From a virus (lineage: Duplodnaviria; Caudoviricetes), in IMG/VR virus record IMGVR_UViG_3300042465_005116, positions 96,001 through 160,000 of that record: a DNA stretch of 64,000 nt; one strand, 5' to 3'. The notes under the pieces were generated by a model. The model ran no database searches, was not told where the DNA came from, and was given only the letters and a program-made list of their open reading frames with translations. How positions within the stretch are numbered: the first letter of the stretch is position 1; the number at the start of each line of letters is the position of its first letter. Below are positions 46,941-57,265 of this stretch, one piece after another. The translations under genes were made by a program, and so were the position numbers.

Positions 46941-47746
46941 TTAGCTCTTCCACTTACCACCATCCTTAATCCATTCGTTTCTTAATTCTTTTAAGAGTCC
47001 TTGTTCTTCACTCCCTTCTCTATACCACCCCTTTTCATGTAGATGTGTTAAAAAAGTTCTAGCCGCTATTATAGTATCGGTGTTCATTAATGATGTTGTA
47101 GTTTCCATCATCTCATCTCTTAACCATTCATCAATTAAATTAATTAATTTTAATTGGTCTTTATCTAAATAGATTATATTACCCTTCATAACGATTCTGA
47201 GCGGGCAAGGTTAATGAGAAAATGGGTTTCCATATATTGAGGTGTAAATACCTACAATACCCACAATTAACCAAAAGAAATTCAATAGGATATATGGTTT
47301 ATTATTACGTTGCCATGCAGCGTAAGTTAAGATAACGGCATCAACTGAATTCCATATCCACATCCAAAGAAAGGGAGTATCTGGGCCCATTATAGACAGA
47401 GTTCCAAATGCTATGATTCGCATGATAACACCAATACCCTCTAATAACTCAATCCGCTTTTCGTTCTTTATTGCTTTCATATTCTTTACCATTTACCGAT
47501 TGGACATTGAGAACCACGCGAAAGGGTTTTTGCTGATATGTTACATCCACATCCATATTTCCGTTCACCTGTTGTTATATGGATTCCCCATTTATTTGGG
47601 TCACACGAATTACCTGTTCTAATTAAACATTTATCACAATGCAATAACCGATTTGATGCTAAGTCTTGAGTATCAGAATCTAATATATCAAATTGTTGTC
47701 TGACGTAATTACCCCAACCCTCTAATATGTGTATGATATTAGCCAT
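46941..47746 (-). CDS. three small ORFs: hypothetical 46941-47189, membrane 47211-47492, Cys-rich 47486-47746
   Basis: third has CDKC..C..GCGC...CP..KW, like 22932-23234. Confidence 0.6.
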
Positions 47747-48195
47747 TTACTTTTTTATTCTTTTTTTAGTTAAATCTTTTTTTGCTATTCTAGCTAACCA
47801 TACAGCAAATGCACCTGCTATGAATGCACCTCCTGCGTTTACTATTTGATTTATATCCATATAATTTTATTTTATCCAATCATCGTATGCGTATTGATAT
47901 GAATCAACAGCTGAGTGACCCTCTGATAAATATCCTTCCGCGGAAATTTCCACTTCAGCCCTAAGACCCCATGCAGATGCTTCTAATAAAATCATTTCGA
48001 TTTCTTGCAAATCACCAATTGTAAGGTTTTCTTTTTCAGTTTTCATTTATGTTTATTTTTTGTAATCAAATCGTTTATAATCCTTATAGACCAATAAAGC
48101 CATAATTCCCATTATACCAAATAAGGCTATTAATTCAATAGTTGCTAGGGTGTAATCTACCCACGTATATATATGTTCCATAAATATTTATATGT

Positions 48196-48675
48196 TTAAA
48201 TAAAACAATTTGCTTTACACATTGTCAATAAGAAAATGTTATTTTTACAATCGGTATCTGCCCTACTCATAGCAAGGTATAAATTGTTAGCAACTACGGC
48301 CTCAACAAACCCTCCACCTGCGTAAGATGATTTATCACGAGTACACATAATCGATACCATAATATCTAAGATGTGTTCACTTACGTTATCACAATTCCAC
48401 TCTTTAGCGAATTGAATCGCACGTTCTTTACATTGTTCTCTGATGTCCATATTTTATATTTTAAAGTTTACTAATTAATTATCCCACGATTCTATTCCGC
48501 GTGATGCCAATTCAACAATAGCCTCGGAGTATCTCTCCTCCGAACTAACCCCATGCCAAAAGGTGTAATCCCAATTGACCTTATGAGGGTCGTTGTGACC
48601 ATTCATCTCGGCCATACTGATAAGTAAATCAGTATACTCACTCACACTCATCGCAACAATCTCTTCATTTGTCAT
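48196..48675 (-). CDS. two hypothetical ORFs (48196-48450, 48475-48675)
   Basis: ORF track; host-type promoter at 48697-48730. Confidence 0.55.
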
Positions 48676-48767
48676 ATCTCTTATTTCTTATTACATAGCT
48701 AAACTACGAAATAAAGCTCACATTTCCAAATTTTTTATCATTTATTTTTAACTAAATATTTATAGGT

Positions 48768-49094
48768 ATGATAAAGTTAAGAAATATATTAAACGAAGAA
48801 TTAGTACAAGATACTGATTTTTTAAATTTCGCAGGTAACCGGTTGGGTGGGGCTACAAAGATAGCACAAACTGCAAAAGAAAAGGGTGGGGATGCTTTAT
48901 TAACTTACCATCACTTTGCTGTGAAACTACCTTACTATGAAAAGGCTAAAAAGGGTGAATTAGATACTGATACGGTTAAAAAAGAATTCATAGAAACATT
49001 AGGTAAAATATCATTGGATATGGACCAGACTACATTTCAAATTGAAGTGGGTAGATTGGAAGTATTAGGTGAGCTATTTATAAAAAATAAATGA
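48768..49094 (+). CDS. putative internal virion protein
   Basis: N-terminus MIKLRNILNE; TATTTATA at 48757-48764. Confidence 0.65.
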   Translation: MIKLRNILNEELVQDTDFLNFAGNRLGGATKIAQTAKEKGGDALLTYHHFAVKLPYYEKAKKGELDTDTVKKEFIETLGKISLDMDQTTFQIEVGRLEVLGELFIKNK

Positions 49095-49522
49095 TTAAGT
49101 TAAACGATATATTAAAAGAAGTAGGCAGAACTATAAATACAAAAACTGCCCCATTAAAAGATTATCCAAAGGATGTACAAAATCAGTACAACGATTTGTT
49201 AAAAAATTATGGTAAAGCTTTTGCAGATAGATATTTGGAACGATATGATGAAGATAATGAACCATCAGACACTGGATTAAAAAAACAAATATACGATAAA
49301 TTAATAATTGCTAAACAAGATACTACCAAAGAAATTAAGCAGAAAAATTACGGGTCTGATAAGTATCCTATTATATTGATTAAACATTTTGGTATTCAAT
49401 TACGCAAATTAGGAAAAATTACAGATGCTCAACTCTCTCAATTGATAAATAAAGAAAGTTTAAAAACAATTTGGAATGAGACTGATTTTGTATTTAAGAT
49501 ATTAAATAAACAAAATAAATGA
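49091..49522 (+). CDS. putative internal virion protein
   Basis: N-terminus MIKLNDILKE; ATGA overlap. Confidence 0.65.
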   Translation: MIKLNDILKEVGRTINTKTAPLKDYPKDVQNQYNDLLKNYGKAFADRYLERYDEDNEPSDTGLKKQIYDKLIIAKQDTTKEIKQKNYGSDKYPIILIKHFGIQLRKLGKITDAQLSQLINKESLKTIWNETDFVFKILNKQNK

Positions 49523-50067
49523 TTAAGTTACTAGAAATATTACAAGAATTTGAAATACCATCCGGTGAGTGGATTAACTACGATTTACATAAGGTAGATA
49601 AAGATGGTATGGATATTATTTGGGATATGTATAAATCATCGTACCTTAAACAAGGAATGGATTTATCTGCTAACTCAGCAGGGGAGATGCAATCAAAATA
49701 TAAGGCAGTTCGTTTAAAGGATATTGATAACGATAATGTACCCGATGAGTTTATTATATATAAGGTAACTAAGTTTGGTAATAAGATTGCACTACTTGCA
49801 ACTAATGGCAAACCAGAAGCAAAAAGAGATTTAGTTAAACAAACTATTAAGTTAACTAAAACTGCCGGATGGTTTATTGAGGCTAGTTTAAAGATGGAGG
49901 AAATTCTATCTTCAGCTGGTGCACCATTTGTTACTGATGAGAATAAAATAATTGATATCATAGGTAAGGATAAAGAACCACAGTTTATTGGTAATGGATA
50001 TTATACTCGCTCACTATCTAAGGTGAGTAAAAGAATTACAAAAAGAATATACGGCAAACCTCGCTAA
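49519..50067 (+). CDS. putative internal virion protein
   Basis: N-terminus MIKLLEILQE; ATGA overlap. Confidence 0.65.
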   Translation: MIKLLEILQEFEIPSGEWINYDLHKVDKDGMDIIWDMYKSSYLKQGMDLSANSAGEMQSKYKAVRLKDIDNDNVPDEFIIYKVTKFGNKIALLATNGKPEAKRDLVKQTIKLTKTAGWFIEASLKMEEILSSAGAPFVTDENKIIDIIGKDKEPQFIGNGYYTRSLSKVSKRITKRIYGKPR

Positions 50068-50071
50068 ATAC

Positions 50072-50095
50072 AAAAAACCCCAATTGGGGTTCTTT
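50072..50095. terminator. bidirectional terminator between convergent units
   Basis: AAAAACCCC-AATT-GGGGTTCTTT. Confidence 0.7.
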
Positions 50096-50114
50096 GGCAC
50101 GGCATGCAAGATTT

Positions 50115-51245
50115 TTAAATAGCTCCTTCGGTATGAGCCTTATTATCATCCCAATCATCCCAACCATCACGGCCAGTTAGATTATTGATGACAGATTCAT
50201 TAAGTGATTTGTTAACCGGTCTTGTGTAACGATTCTCTCTATCGTGTAACCAAGTCTCTAATTCAAAATCGATATCACATAATGTGATATCATTTCTTTT
50301 TTTGGAAAACAAACCAGATTTACCTTTGGATGCTAAACTTGTCTTTAGAAGTTTGAACAACATGGTAGGTGGAATTGGGTTTAGGTAAAAGTATATATTC
50401 GTATATAAATATAAATATTATTTCCAAAAAAGCTGTATTGATAATATACTAAGTGCTAACATTAAACAAACCAAAGTTTTTAATGAAACTGGCTCTTTAA
50501 ATAGTATGACACTAAGTGCTATAAATACCACTATACCAATCCCAAACCCAATCAATCTACTCGGCCATAATTGACCATTAAATAACAATACTAATGCTTC
50601 TACCGATTTTAAATAAAACCACGATGCCGGAATTGATGCTAATAGGGTTAGCATTGGGTAATCTTTATACCATCCATATTTTACACTCCCTTGCAATTGC
50701 ATGAAAGATAATATCTGTCCCATAATTCCATATAGGATTCCGTAGAATAGATTAGGATTCATTATTCCGTTTCGTGATTTAAATAATCATCAAACTCTTT
50801 TGCAGCTGATGGGTTTACTTCATATAGATGTTCTAACGCTAGTTCATATCTACCATTAGTAGATTGTAAATTAAATAATTCACTATTCAATGAATCAATG
50901 ATATTTGCTTTTTGTATATCACCACCTTGTATAAATTGTTGATTCTTCAATTCCTTAATCTGAGAGCGTTGTTGTGCTGTTAATAATAGTAATATACACG
51001 CTCCACCGATTGTAAAATACTTTTGATTGTTTTTAATAAAGTTAATCATTTTCATTTTCATTTTCTTTTTTTATTTCGTTATCAAATATTCCAAATAAAT
51101 CATCACCAGTATAATCCGGATGATTCTCTTTCATGTAATCTATACCAACTACCCATCTCCAACAGATAAATCCAATTACCAATATCATTAGGCCAAAAAT
51201 CGGTATATATTCCATATTATATTTTTTTATTATTATAAATAACAA
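50115..51245 (-). CDS. four small ORFs (50115-50363; SMR/EamA-like membrane protein 50418-50762; 50762-51061; 51042-51245)
   Basis: ORF track; four TM helices in 50418-50762. Confidence 0.55.
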
Positions 51246-51741
51246 GTGGTGTAGTAATTAATCTACCATACCCACGAATCATTTGTTTATATCGTGGTTC
51301 TTCTATACTACTAATCTTTACACCTTCGTATTTATTTGCTGCGTGTATAAAATAACTATTACCAATATATGTACCAGTATGCCAACCAGATGGTGATGCT
51401 TTACTTCTGAAAAATACTAAATCACCTACCATCAAACTATCTTTTTTTAAACGTTGAGTTTGCTCCCATTGTTTATATGCTACTTCACCTAATACTTTAT
51501 TATAAACATCTTTATATAAACGTTTATTGAATTGTGAACAATCAATTCCTCGTTCACTATTCCCTCCCAATTTATATGGTTTACCTATCCAATATAACAT
51601 GAACTTATTTAGTATGGAATCAGGTGTTAGGATTTCATCACTTATTGCCGGTAATTTAAATTCAGTATATTTGTTTTTTACTTGTGACATTGAAGTCATA
51701 CCCAGTATGACTAAAATAGTTGTAATTATAATTTGTTTCAT
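51217..51741 (-). CDS. NlpC/P60 (C40) cell-wall peptidase
   Basis: signal peptide; PY.LGG..GIDCS, GDLVFF, WHTG.Y, FIHA. Confidence 0.92.
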   Translation of the reverse strand: MKQIIITTILVILGMTSMSQVKNKYTEFKLPAISDEILTPDSILNKFMLYWIGKPYKLGGNSERGIDCSQFNKRLYKDVYNKVLGEVAYKQWEQTQRLKKDSLMVGDLVFFRSKASPSGWHTGTYIGNSYFIHAANKYEGVKISSIEEPRYKQMIRGYGRLITTPLVIYNNKKI

Positions 51742-51745
51742 TTTA

Positions 51746-52390
51746 TCAATCCCACCATGTTCTCATATCTGAACCATCTGACCATTTCCATTGTGCTTCA
51801 AATTTTCCTTCAGTATTTAATTTAGTATAATCTTCAGTTTTAATATAATCTTTCCAATGTTCATCCGTCTGAAGTCCACTAATGATTGCCCACATTTCTA
51901 CCCATTCTTGTTTCTCTACTTTACGAGCATGGGCAAAAACTTTTTTCATATGTTTTTTTTCTGCTGGGGTATCGGTATCTACCAATCGATGTAAATCAGT
52001 TCCTTCTATATCCTCCCATTCAAGTCTTTTCCACGGGATTTCACCTAATATCTTTTCTGCCCTCTCTACATAATCATCATCTAATTTAGATTTAAGTAAT
52101 TCTAATACCCTACGAATCTTCTCTACTTTTTTATTTCTACTTTCAGGTACTTCCATACCATCTTTAGACAATCCCTTTTCTAAAATAGTTAGGGAACGAT
52201 ATAATATTTCTAAGGTATATCGATAATCCCACCATTGGTGTGAATATAATTCTTTACGGAAACGCCATATATTCTTAAAGAACAATGGAATATCAATAGT
52301 AATAGTTTCCCATACTTTCCAAAGTTTAGTATCATACCAAACCATTTTTTCTACACTCTCAAAGAATGAGTCTTTAAATTCTACTTTCAT
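51746..52390 (-). CDS. hypothetical phage protein
   Basis: ORF track; WWDYRY and WWD motifs. Confidence 0.65.
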   Translation of the reverse strand: MKVEFKDSFFESVEKMVWYDTKLWKVWETITIDIPLFFKNIWRFRKELYSHQWWDYRYTLEILYRSLTILEKGLSKDGMEVPESRNKKVEKIRRVLELLKSKLDDDYVERAEKILGEIPWKRLEWEDIEGTDLHRLVDTDTPAEKKHMKKVFAHARKVEKQEWVEMWAIISGLQTDEHWKDYIKTEDYTKLNTEGKFEAQWKWSDGSDMRTWWD

Positions 52391-52662
52391 AATATTAATA
52401 GGTGGTTATCTTCCATACCCCATAGATTCGGCGTATTTTGCTAATTGGATGCGTTCAATTAAATTCCGTTTTTCCGGTGTATCTGCAAACCACATACTTG
52501 AAACTCTATATTTCTTAGCCCAATGATTAAATTCTAACTTAGATACGTTAATTGTTGATTGTGTTTTTGCGTGTGTTTTCATTTTTTATCTTATTGTTTA
52601 TACTCAAATATACGAATAAAAATCGGTATTTCCAAATTTAAAATTAACTGATTGATTATCAA

Positions 52663-53064
52663 TTACTTAACGAATCCATGAGGAGTAGGTTTACCATCCT
52701 TATCCACTACTACGAATACTATCTTGTCTACCTTAACAATTGTTTGTTGTGTGTTCTTATTACGAACCTCACATGCAAAGGTGATTGAGGTTGTACCAAA
52801 TCCGATTAACCCACACCCGATTTCGATTATATCACCCTGTTTGGCAGTATTAACAAAATCAATTTCTGATATAATCTTTGTTACTATACTATTGGTATGT
52901 GGTGTATTTGCCGAGGTTGTTAATTGACATATAGCAAAGATTGCTGCCTCCTCATCTATCCACTTCAATAATTGTCCACCAAATAAAGTACCTCTTGCGT
53001 TTAGGTCTACCGGTTTAATTAATTTTCTAGTTTTATATTTTATTTCCATATTATTCAGAACCAC
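52663..53064 (-). CDS. HotDog acyl-CoA thioesterase (YciA-like)
   Basis: DLNARGTLFGGQLLKWIDEEA, FVVVD..GKP. Confidence 0.88.
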   Translation of the reverse strand: MVLNNMEIKYKTRKLIKPVDLNARGTLFGGQLLKWIDEEAAIFAICQLTTSANTPHTNSIVTKIISEIDFVNTAKQGDIIEIGCGLIGFGTTSITFACEVRNKNTQQTIVKVDKIVFVVVDKDGKPTPHGFVK

Positions 53065-53665
53065 CTAATTCAAATTCGGCTTCGTTTTGTTTTACACTTT
53101 TTGGTTTTCTTTTTTTAGAAATGACTGGGGTGTGTTCCCTTACATAATCAGTTTGTGTTTTTGGTTTAGTACCAATTGAACCCATAATCTCATTAGAGAT
53201 AGTTTCAGTATTAATTCGGATATCCTCTCTTGCAATATCTGCCATCTTTTGTTTACCCTCATTGGATACTCTACTTAATGGAATTTGTGCTAGTGGGTCA
53301 TTATCGTTGCCAAAGTTTGTATTGATTGTAGTTATCTTTGTGGTCTTCACTGGTATTGATTGGTCTGGTTCAGGAAACCCATCCTTACTCCACTTATCTG
53401 CCAACTCTTTTAATAAATCAGTATTAGTAGTATCTGCAGATTTTGGTATTCCAATTCCTGCTAATTTTTTAAATGCATCCTTATCAACAAACACATCTTC
53501 GTTTTTTGTTGGTGTTTGTTTTTTAAACAAATCACTAAATTTCTTTTGTGGTCGTAGAGTTGTCCAACTACCATCTTCATTTTCTCTCATAAGAGGTGCG
53601 GCCCAACCTGAGTATCCCATCCATAATACAAATACGATACCTGCGATAATACATAATGTTATCAT
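53051..53665 (-). CDS. membrane-anchored low-complexity protein
   Basis: N-terminal TM. Confidence 0.6.
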   Translation of the reverse strand: MITLCIIAGIVFVLWMGYSGWAAPLMRENEDGSWTTLRPQKKFSDLFKKQTPTKNEDVFVDKDAFKKLAGIGIPKSADTTNTDLLKELADKWSKDGFPEPDQSIPVKTTKITTINTNFGNDNDPLAQIPLSRVSNEGKQKMADIAREDIRINTETISNEIMGSIGTKPKTQTDYVREHTPVISKKRKPKSVKQNEAEFELGGSE

Positions 53666-53678
53666 AACTTTCTTTTTT

Positions 53679-54101
53679 TTAAATTATATGTTCAATTTTA
53701 ACTCTGATACAAGTTTGTGGTAATCTACAATTTTTTAAATAGTTGTTTACATACCCCATAATATTTGCAGAACCAATTGGATTGGCTGAATGGGTGTATA
53801 TTTGTGGTAATGGTATTTTACTATTCATACTTTCAGCCACCAACCATTTAGCACAATCTAATCCAGTTTTTTCCAATATGTTATTGTAATCCAATTGGTA
53901 ATTAGGTGATACATTATTAAAATATTCCTTTTGTGCTGTATCTCCTAAATCGTGGTCTAAACTGATTACTTCATATTTATCTAATCCATTTAATCTGATG
54001 TGTGATACTAACTCATCATAATTTCTTACTACATGCCAATCATCACTATTTGGTGTTCTTATATCATCCAAATATAATTGTATTTTATTAGTTATCATCA
54101 T
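53679..54101 (-). CDS. cyclic-phosphate-processing receiver-like domain protein
   Basis: LYLDD.R.P, ISLDHDLG, TGLDCAKWL, HSANPIG. Confidence 0.75.
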   Translation of the reverse strand: MMITNKIQLYLDDIRTPNSDDWHVVRNYDELVSHIRLNGLDKYEVISLDHDLGDTAQKEYFNNVSPNYQLDYNNILEKTGLDCAKWLVAESMNSKIPLPQIYTHSANPIGSANIMGYVNNYLKNCRLPQTCIRVKIEHII

Positions 54102-54858
54102 CTATAAAATCTATTTCTCTTGTTGTAAAATTGTAATCAAATGTTATTGGATTGTTAATGGGGTCATATGTTAAATCACAAGTAGACCCATTAAACGTAT
54201 ACCCCCAATTGGTTTCTTTATATCCATACCCCTCGTGGATATGACCTGCAAAATGTAGATATGGATTTATTTCATTTAATCTATGATATAATTGTTCACA
54301 CCCTACGTTTTCGTTAGTTCTATATGTTCTATCACAATACCCGTGAATCGGACTATGAGTAATAACAATATCAGTATCATTTGGTATCCCATTCCATACT
54401 TTATTTATCTCATGCCCTCTATCTATATTAAACCCCCAACCATAACCAAATGTAGGACTGGTCGGTGAACCCCATATTTTAATATTATCCAATTCCACAA
54501 AACTATTCTCTAAATAAAATACATTTGGATTTAATCCAGATATAAGTAAATTATCTAACCAATCGGGTTTACCTTCTGCACATTCGGTATCATATTCAGT
54601 TCTACCTTCAAAGTGTGCCAATTTATTCCTCAATAGAATTTCTCTATCAAATGTCATATCGTGATTACCGGCAATAAAGATTTTATTAGTATAGTTGTCT
54701 ATACCATTAAACCATTTAACAAATCTTACAACCTCATCCTTTCTACCTAATGACGTAATATCGCCACTATGAATAAGCAAATCGCCACCTGGTAACTTAC
54801 CATTCAGTTGTTTGTGTTTGTTGTGTGTGTCACTAATGTGTGTTATTCTCATCTTCAT
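54088..54858 (-). CDS. metallophosphoesterase (MPPED-like)
   Basis: ISDTH, HSGD, IAGNHD, ITHSP, HFAGHIHEGYG. Confidence 0.9.
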   Translation of the reverse strand: MKMRITHISDTHNKHKQLNGKLPGGDLLIHSGDITSLGRKDEVVRFVKWFNGIDNYTNKIFIAGNHDMTFDREILLRNKLAHFEGRTEYDTECAEGKPDWLDNLLISGLNPNVFYLENSFVELDNIKIWGSPTSPTFGYGWGFNIDRGHEINKVWNGIPNDTDIVITHSPIHGYCDRTYRTNENVGCEQLYHRLNEINPYLHFAGHIHEGYGYKETNWGYTFNGSTCDLTYDPINNPITFDYNFTTREIDFIDDDN

Positions 54859-55111
54859 AACTATCTTCTTTATTTCCTACTAATTGATACGCATCCCATA
54901 ATTGTCCTACTGCATATTCTATTTGAAACTTTATATCTTTATCTGATTGTGTTAATGGGTGGTCTATACAATGGTCATTAAGTGTACACATTACAATATG
55001 TAATCTATCCATTAATTCAAGGTAATGACCTTTATTTATCGAATTCTTTTTTTGTTTCTTTGATGACATCTGATACTGATTTAGTTGGGTTAGCCTGTGC
55101 GTTTCTAGCAA
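54833..55111 (-). CDS. hypothetical protein
   Basis: ORF track; start probably MSSKKQ. Confidence 0.5.
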   Translation of the reverse strand: MLETHRLTQLNQYQMSSKKQKKNSINKGHYLELMDRLHIVMCTLNDHCIDHPLTQSDKDIKFQIEYAVGQLWDAYQLVGNKEDSYEDENNTH

Positions 55112-55203
55112 CTCTAATAATGAATTCTGCCAATAGATGTTTCTTATCTATTTTTTTAATTAGGTCGATAAGGGTTTCTAAATCTTCGTAAAACTTTCCC
55201 ATA

Positions 55204-55614
55204 TTATTTTATTATAAATCTCTTATATTGTTTCTCAGCCCGTTTAGATGCTAATTCATATGGATGTGTTTTATAAGTATGACCCATCTTATAATATCGT
55301 GTCATCCATTTAGGTGATTGTAGATAATGTTGATATTCATGTAATAAAGTTTTTATAAAATCTATTTTTGAATCTATATTATCAACAACTAATACAATAA
55401 TATTGAGTTCGGGGTCGAACCACCCCTCCATATTTTTAATATCCTTTTTCTTCAATGGTCCGTCTGCAAACTCTTGTTTAATTATATTCTTTGATTTAAT
55501 AAATTGAAGTTTAGGAGTACGGGTATAGTGGCTACTTTTACCATATCGTTTTTTAATTAACTCAAAACTGCTCTTTACCTCTTTTATTAATTTTTTAGTT
55601 TTACCCATATTCAT
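55204..55614 (-). CDS. zincin-like HExxH protein
   Basis: LLHEYQHYLQSP.WMTRYY.MG..Y.THPYE shared with 30598-30975. Confidence 0.7.
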   Translation of the reverse strand: MNMGKTKKLIKEVKSSFELIKKRYGKSSHYTRTPKLQFIKSKNIIKQEFADGPLKKKDIKNMEGWFDPELNIIVLVVDNIDSKIDFIKTLLHEYQHYLQSPKWMTRYYKMGHTYKTHPYELASKRAEKQYKRFIIK

Positions 55615-55662
55615 TTACTTTATAAGTAAAGATACGAAATAACTTTGGTAATACCAAATTTA

Positions 55663-56129
55663 TTATAGTATATTATTTTTTTTAGTTATATGTTTAACAA
55701 ACCACCATAAATGTATCAACATTATTAAACAATTTACTAATATGATTGGGGTGTCCAATTGTATGATTCCGTATGTTATCCATAGTATGCAACCAAATGT
55801 ATTCACAACCCGTAATCTGAACATATCCGTAATCAGAAACGAAGCCATTGTTACTAATGTTGCAAGGTATCCTAATATACTTACCATGTTATAAGTTCTT
55901 CATTTTTAACTTCTTTATAATATTCGACCCTTAACTCATTTAATACATCCTGTTGTGATGAATTATATTTGCCGTAGGTAAGGACATACTTTAAAATATC
56001 ACTTGAATCGGTAATATTTATTTTTGGACTGGTAGTTGTTTGTAACCACCCCAAAAGTGTCATTACTCCTTTTGTTTGTTCTGCTGTTAATTTAAACAAT
56101 TTTTCTTTCATACTATTATTATTTAACAC
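55663..56129 (-). CDS. YgjV-like small membrane protein (55663-55887) and hypothetical (55881-56129)
   Basis: LR.VN..GC..WI.YG pattern. Confidence 0.55.
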
Positions 56130-56790
56130 AAAAATTTATTAAGCAATATCTATTAAAACCTATAACTCGATTTACCATATGTTCGGGATTATGTTTAGTA
56201 AAATCTAAAATGACAACATTGCCATATATCGGTAGAACTACTACTTTATTATCAATACCAAGTCCACCACCCTTACCCTCACTCCAATCATTAGAAAGAT
56301 ATATTAATAGTGCACATGTACGATTAGTAGTTGTATCATTAGCATCTGCATGATTGCGTAAAAAACAACCATCATCATATAATGTGATAGTACTACCACA
56401 ATTTCTATCTTGCGTTTTATTATAAAATAAAGAATATACATCAGATACAAAATCTAAGGTATGGTGATTATCTACATTCTTATAGTACCATATTTGGTCT
56501 AATCCATAATCATCACTATTTAAATATCTATTAAGTATATCATCCTTAATTGTTTTTAGTTCTTCAAAGGACTTATCGGTGATATCATTTGGATATAACG
56601 GGTCTGGCTTATTTTTAGAATTAATTATACTTGCTTTTAAATTTGTAAAGTCCGAAGGTCTTAACGTTCCAATCGGAATAAGACTTTCTAATTTACTATA
56701 TAAATCTAAACTTATATCTTTTAAATTAAATGAAACATAACCAGTTTCAAATAACTCCTCTTTTAACTCAATTAATTTTTTGCCATTCAT
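56119..56790 (-). CDS. 2OG-Fe(II) oxygenase
   Basis: HAD, LLIYLS.DW...GG, HMV....R. Confidence 0.8.
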   Translation of the reverse strand: MNGKKLIELKEELFETGYVSFNLKDISLDLYSKLESLIPIGTLRPSDFTNLKASIINSKNKPDPLYPNDITDKSFEELKTIKDDILNRYLNSDDYGLDQIWYYKNVDNHHTLDFVSDVYSLFYNKTQDRNCGSTITLYDDGCFLRNHADANDTTTNRTCALLIYLSNDWSEGKGGGLGIDNKVVVLPIYGNVVILDFTKHNPEHMVNRVIGFNRYCLINFCVK

Positions 56791-57265
56791 TACTTATAAA
56801 TTTCCAATGTTGTATATGTTTAATTCCTACTTCAAATGGTATACTGATAAAGGATGCTTGAATATCGGTATAACCTTTTTTCTTTAATCCCTCCCACACC
56901 ACTCTATTGTTCTTGTAGTGTTCTATTATTCGATATGGATACCACAATAACTCAGTTGTAGAGTTATCACTAAATTGAATATAATCTACTTTCCAATCTC
57001 CGTAATCACCTGTATCATTCCAATAACGTATCTTACGTGCAGGTAATCTGAATATACCCTCTGATTTAAATTGTTCGTAGTGATTGTATTTATTCATCTC
57101 AACATCACATCCTCTTTTATATTGTGGAGCAATTAAATCTAAATCCCAATATCCACCATACTCAATACCATACCAACCCCTATCTTCTAAAAACGCCTTA
57201 GCAACAATTCTATCGTAAGTATCATCGTGATTTAAGGCAGTTGGTTTGGTTACTACATTATTCAT
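56768..57265 (-). CDS. PD-(D/E)xK-like nuclease candidate
   Basis: WDLDL...CDVEM. Confidence 0.4.
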   Translation of the reverse strand: MNNVVTKPTALNHDDTYDRIVAKAFLEDRGWYGIEYGGYWDLDLIAPQYKRGCDVEMNKYNHYEQFKSEGIFRLPARKIRYWNDTGDYGDWKVDYIQFSDNSTTELLWYPYRIIEHYKNNRVVWEGLKKKGYTDIQASFISIPFEVGIKHIQHWKFISNEWQKIN

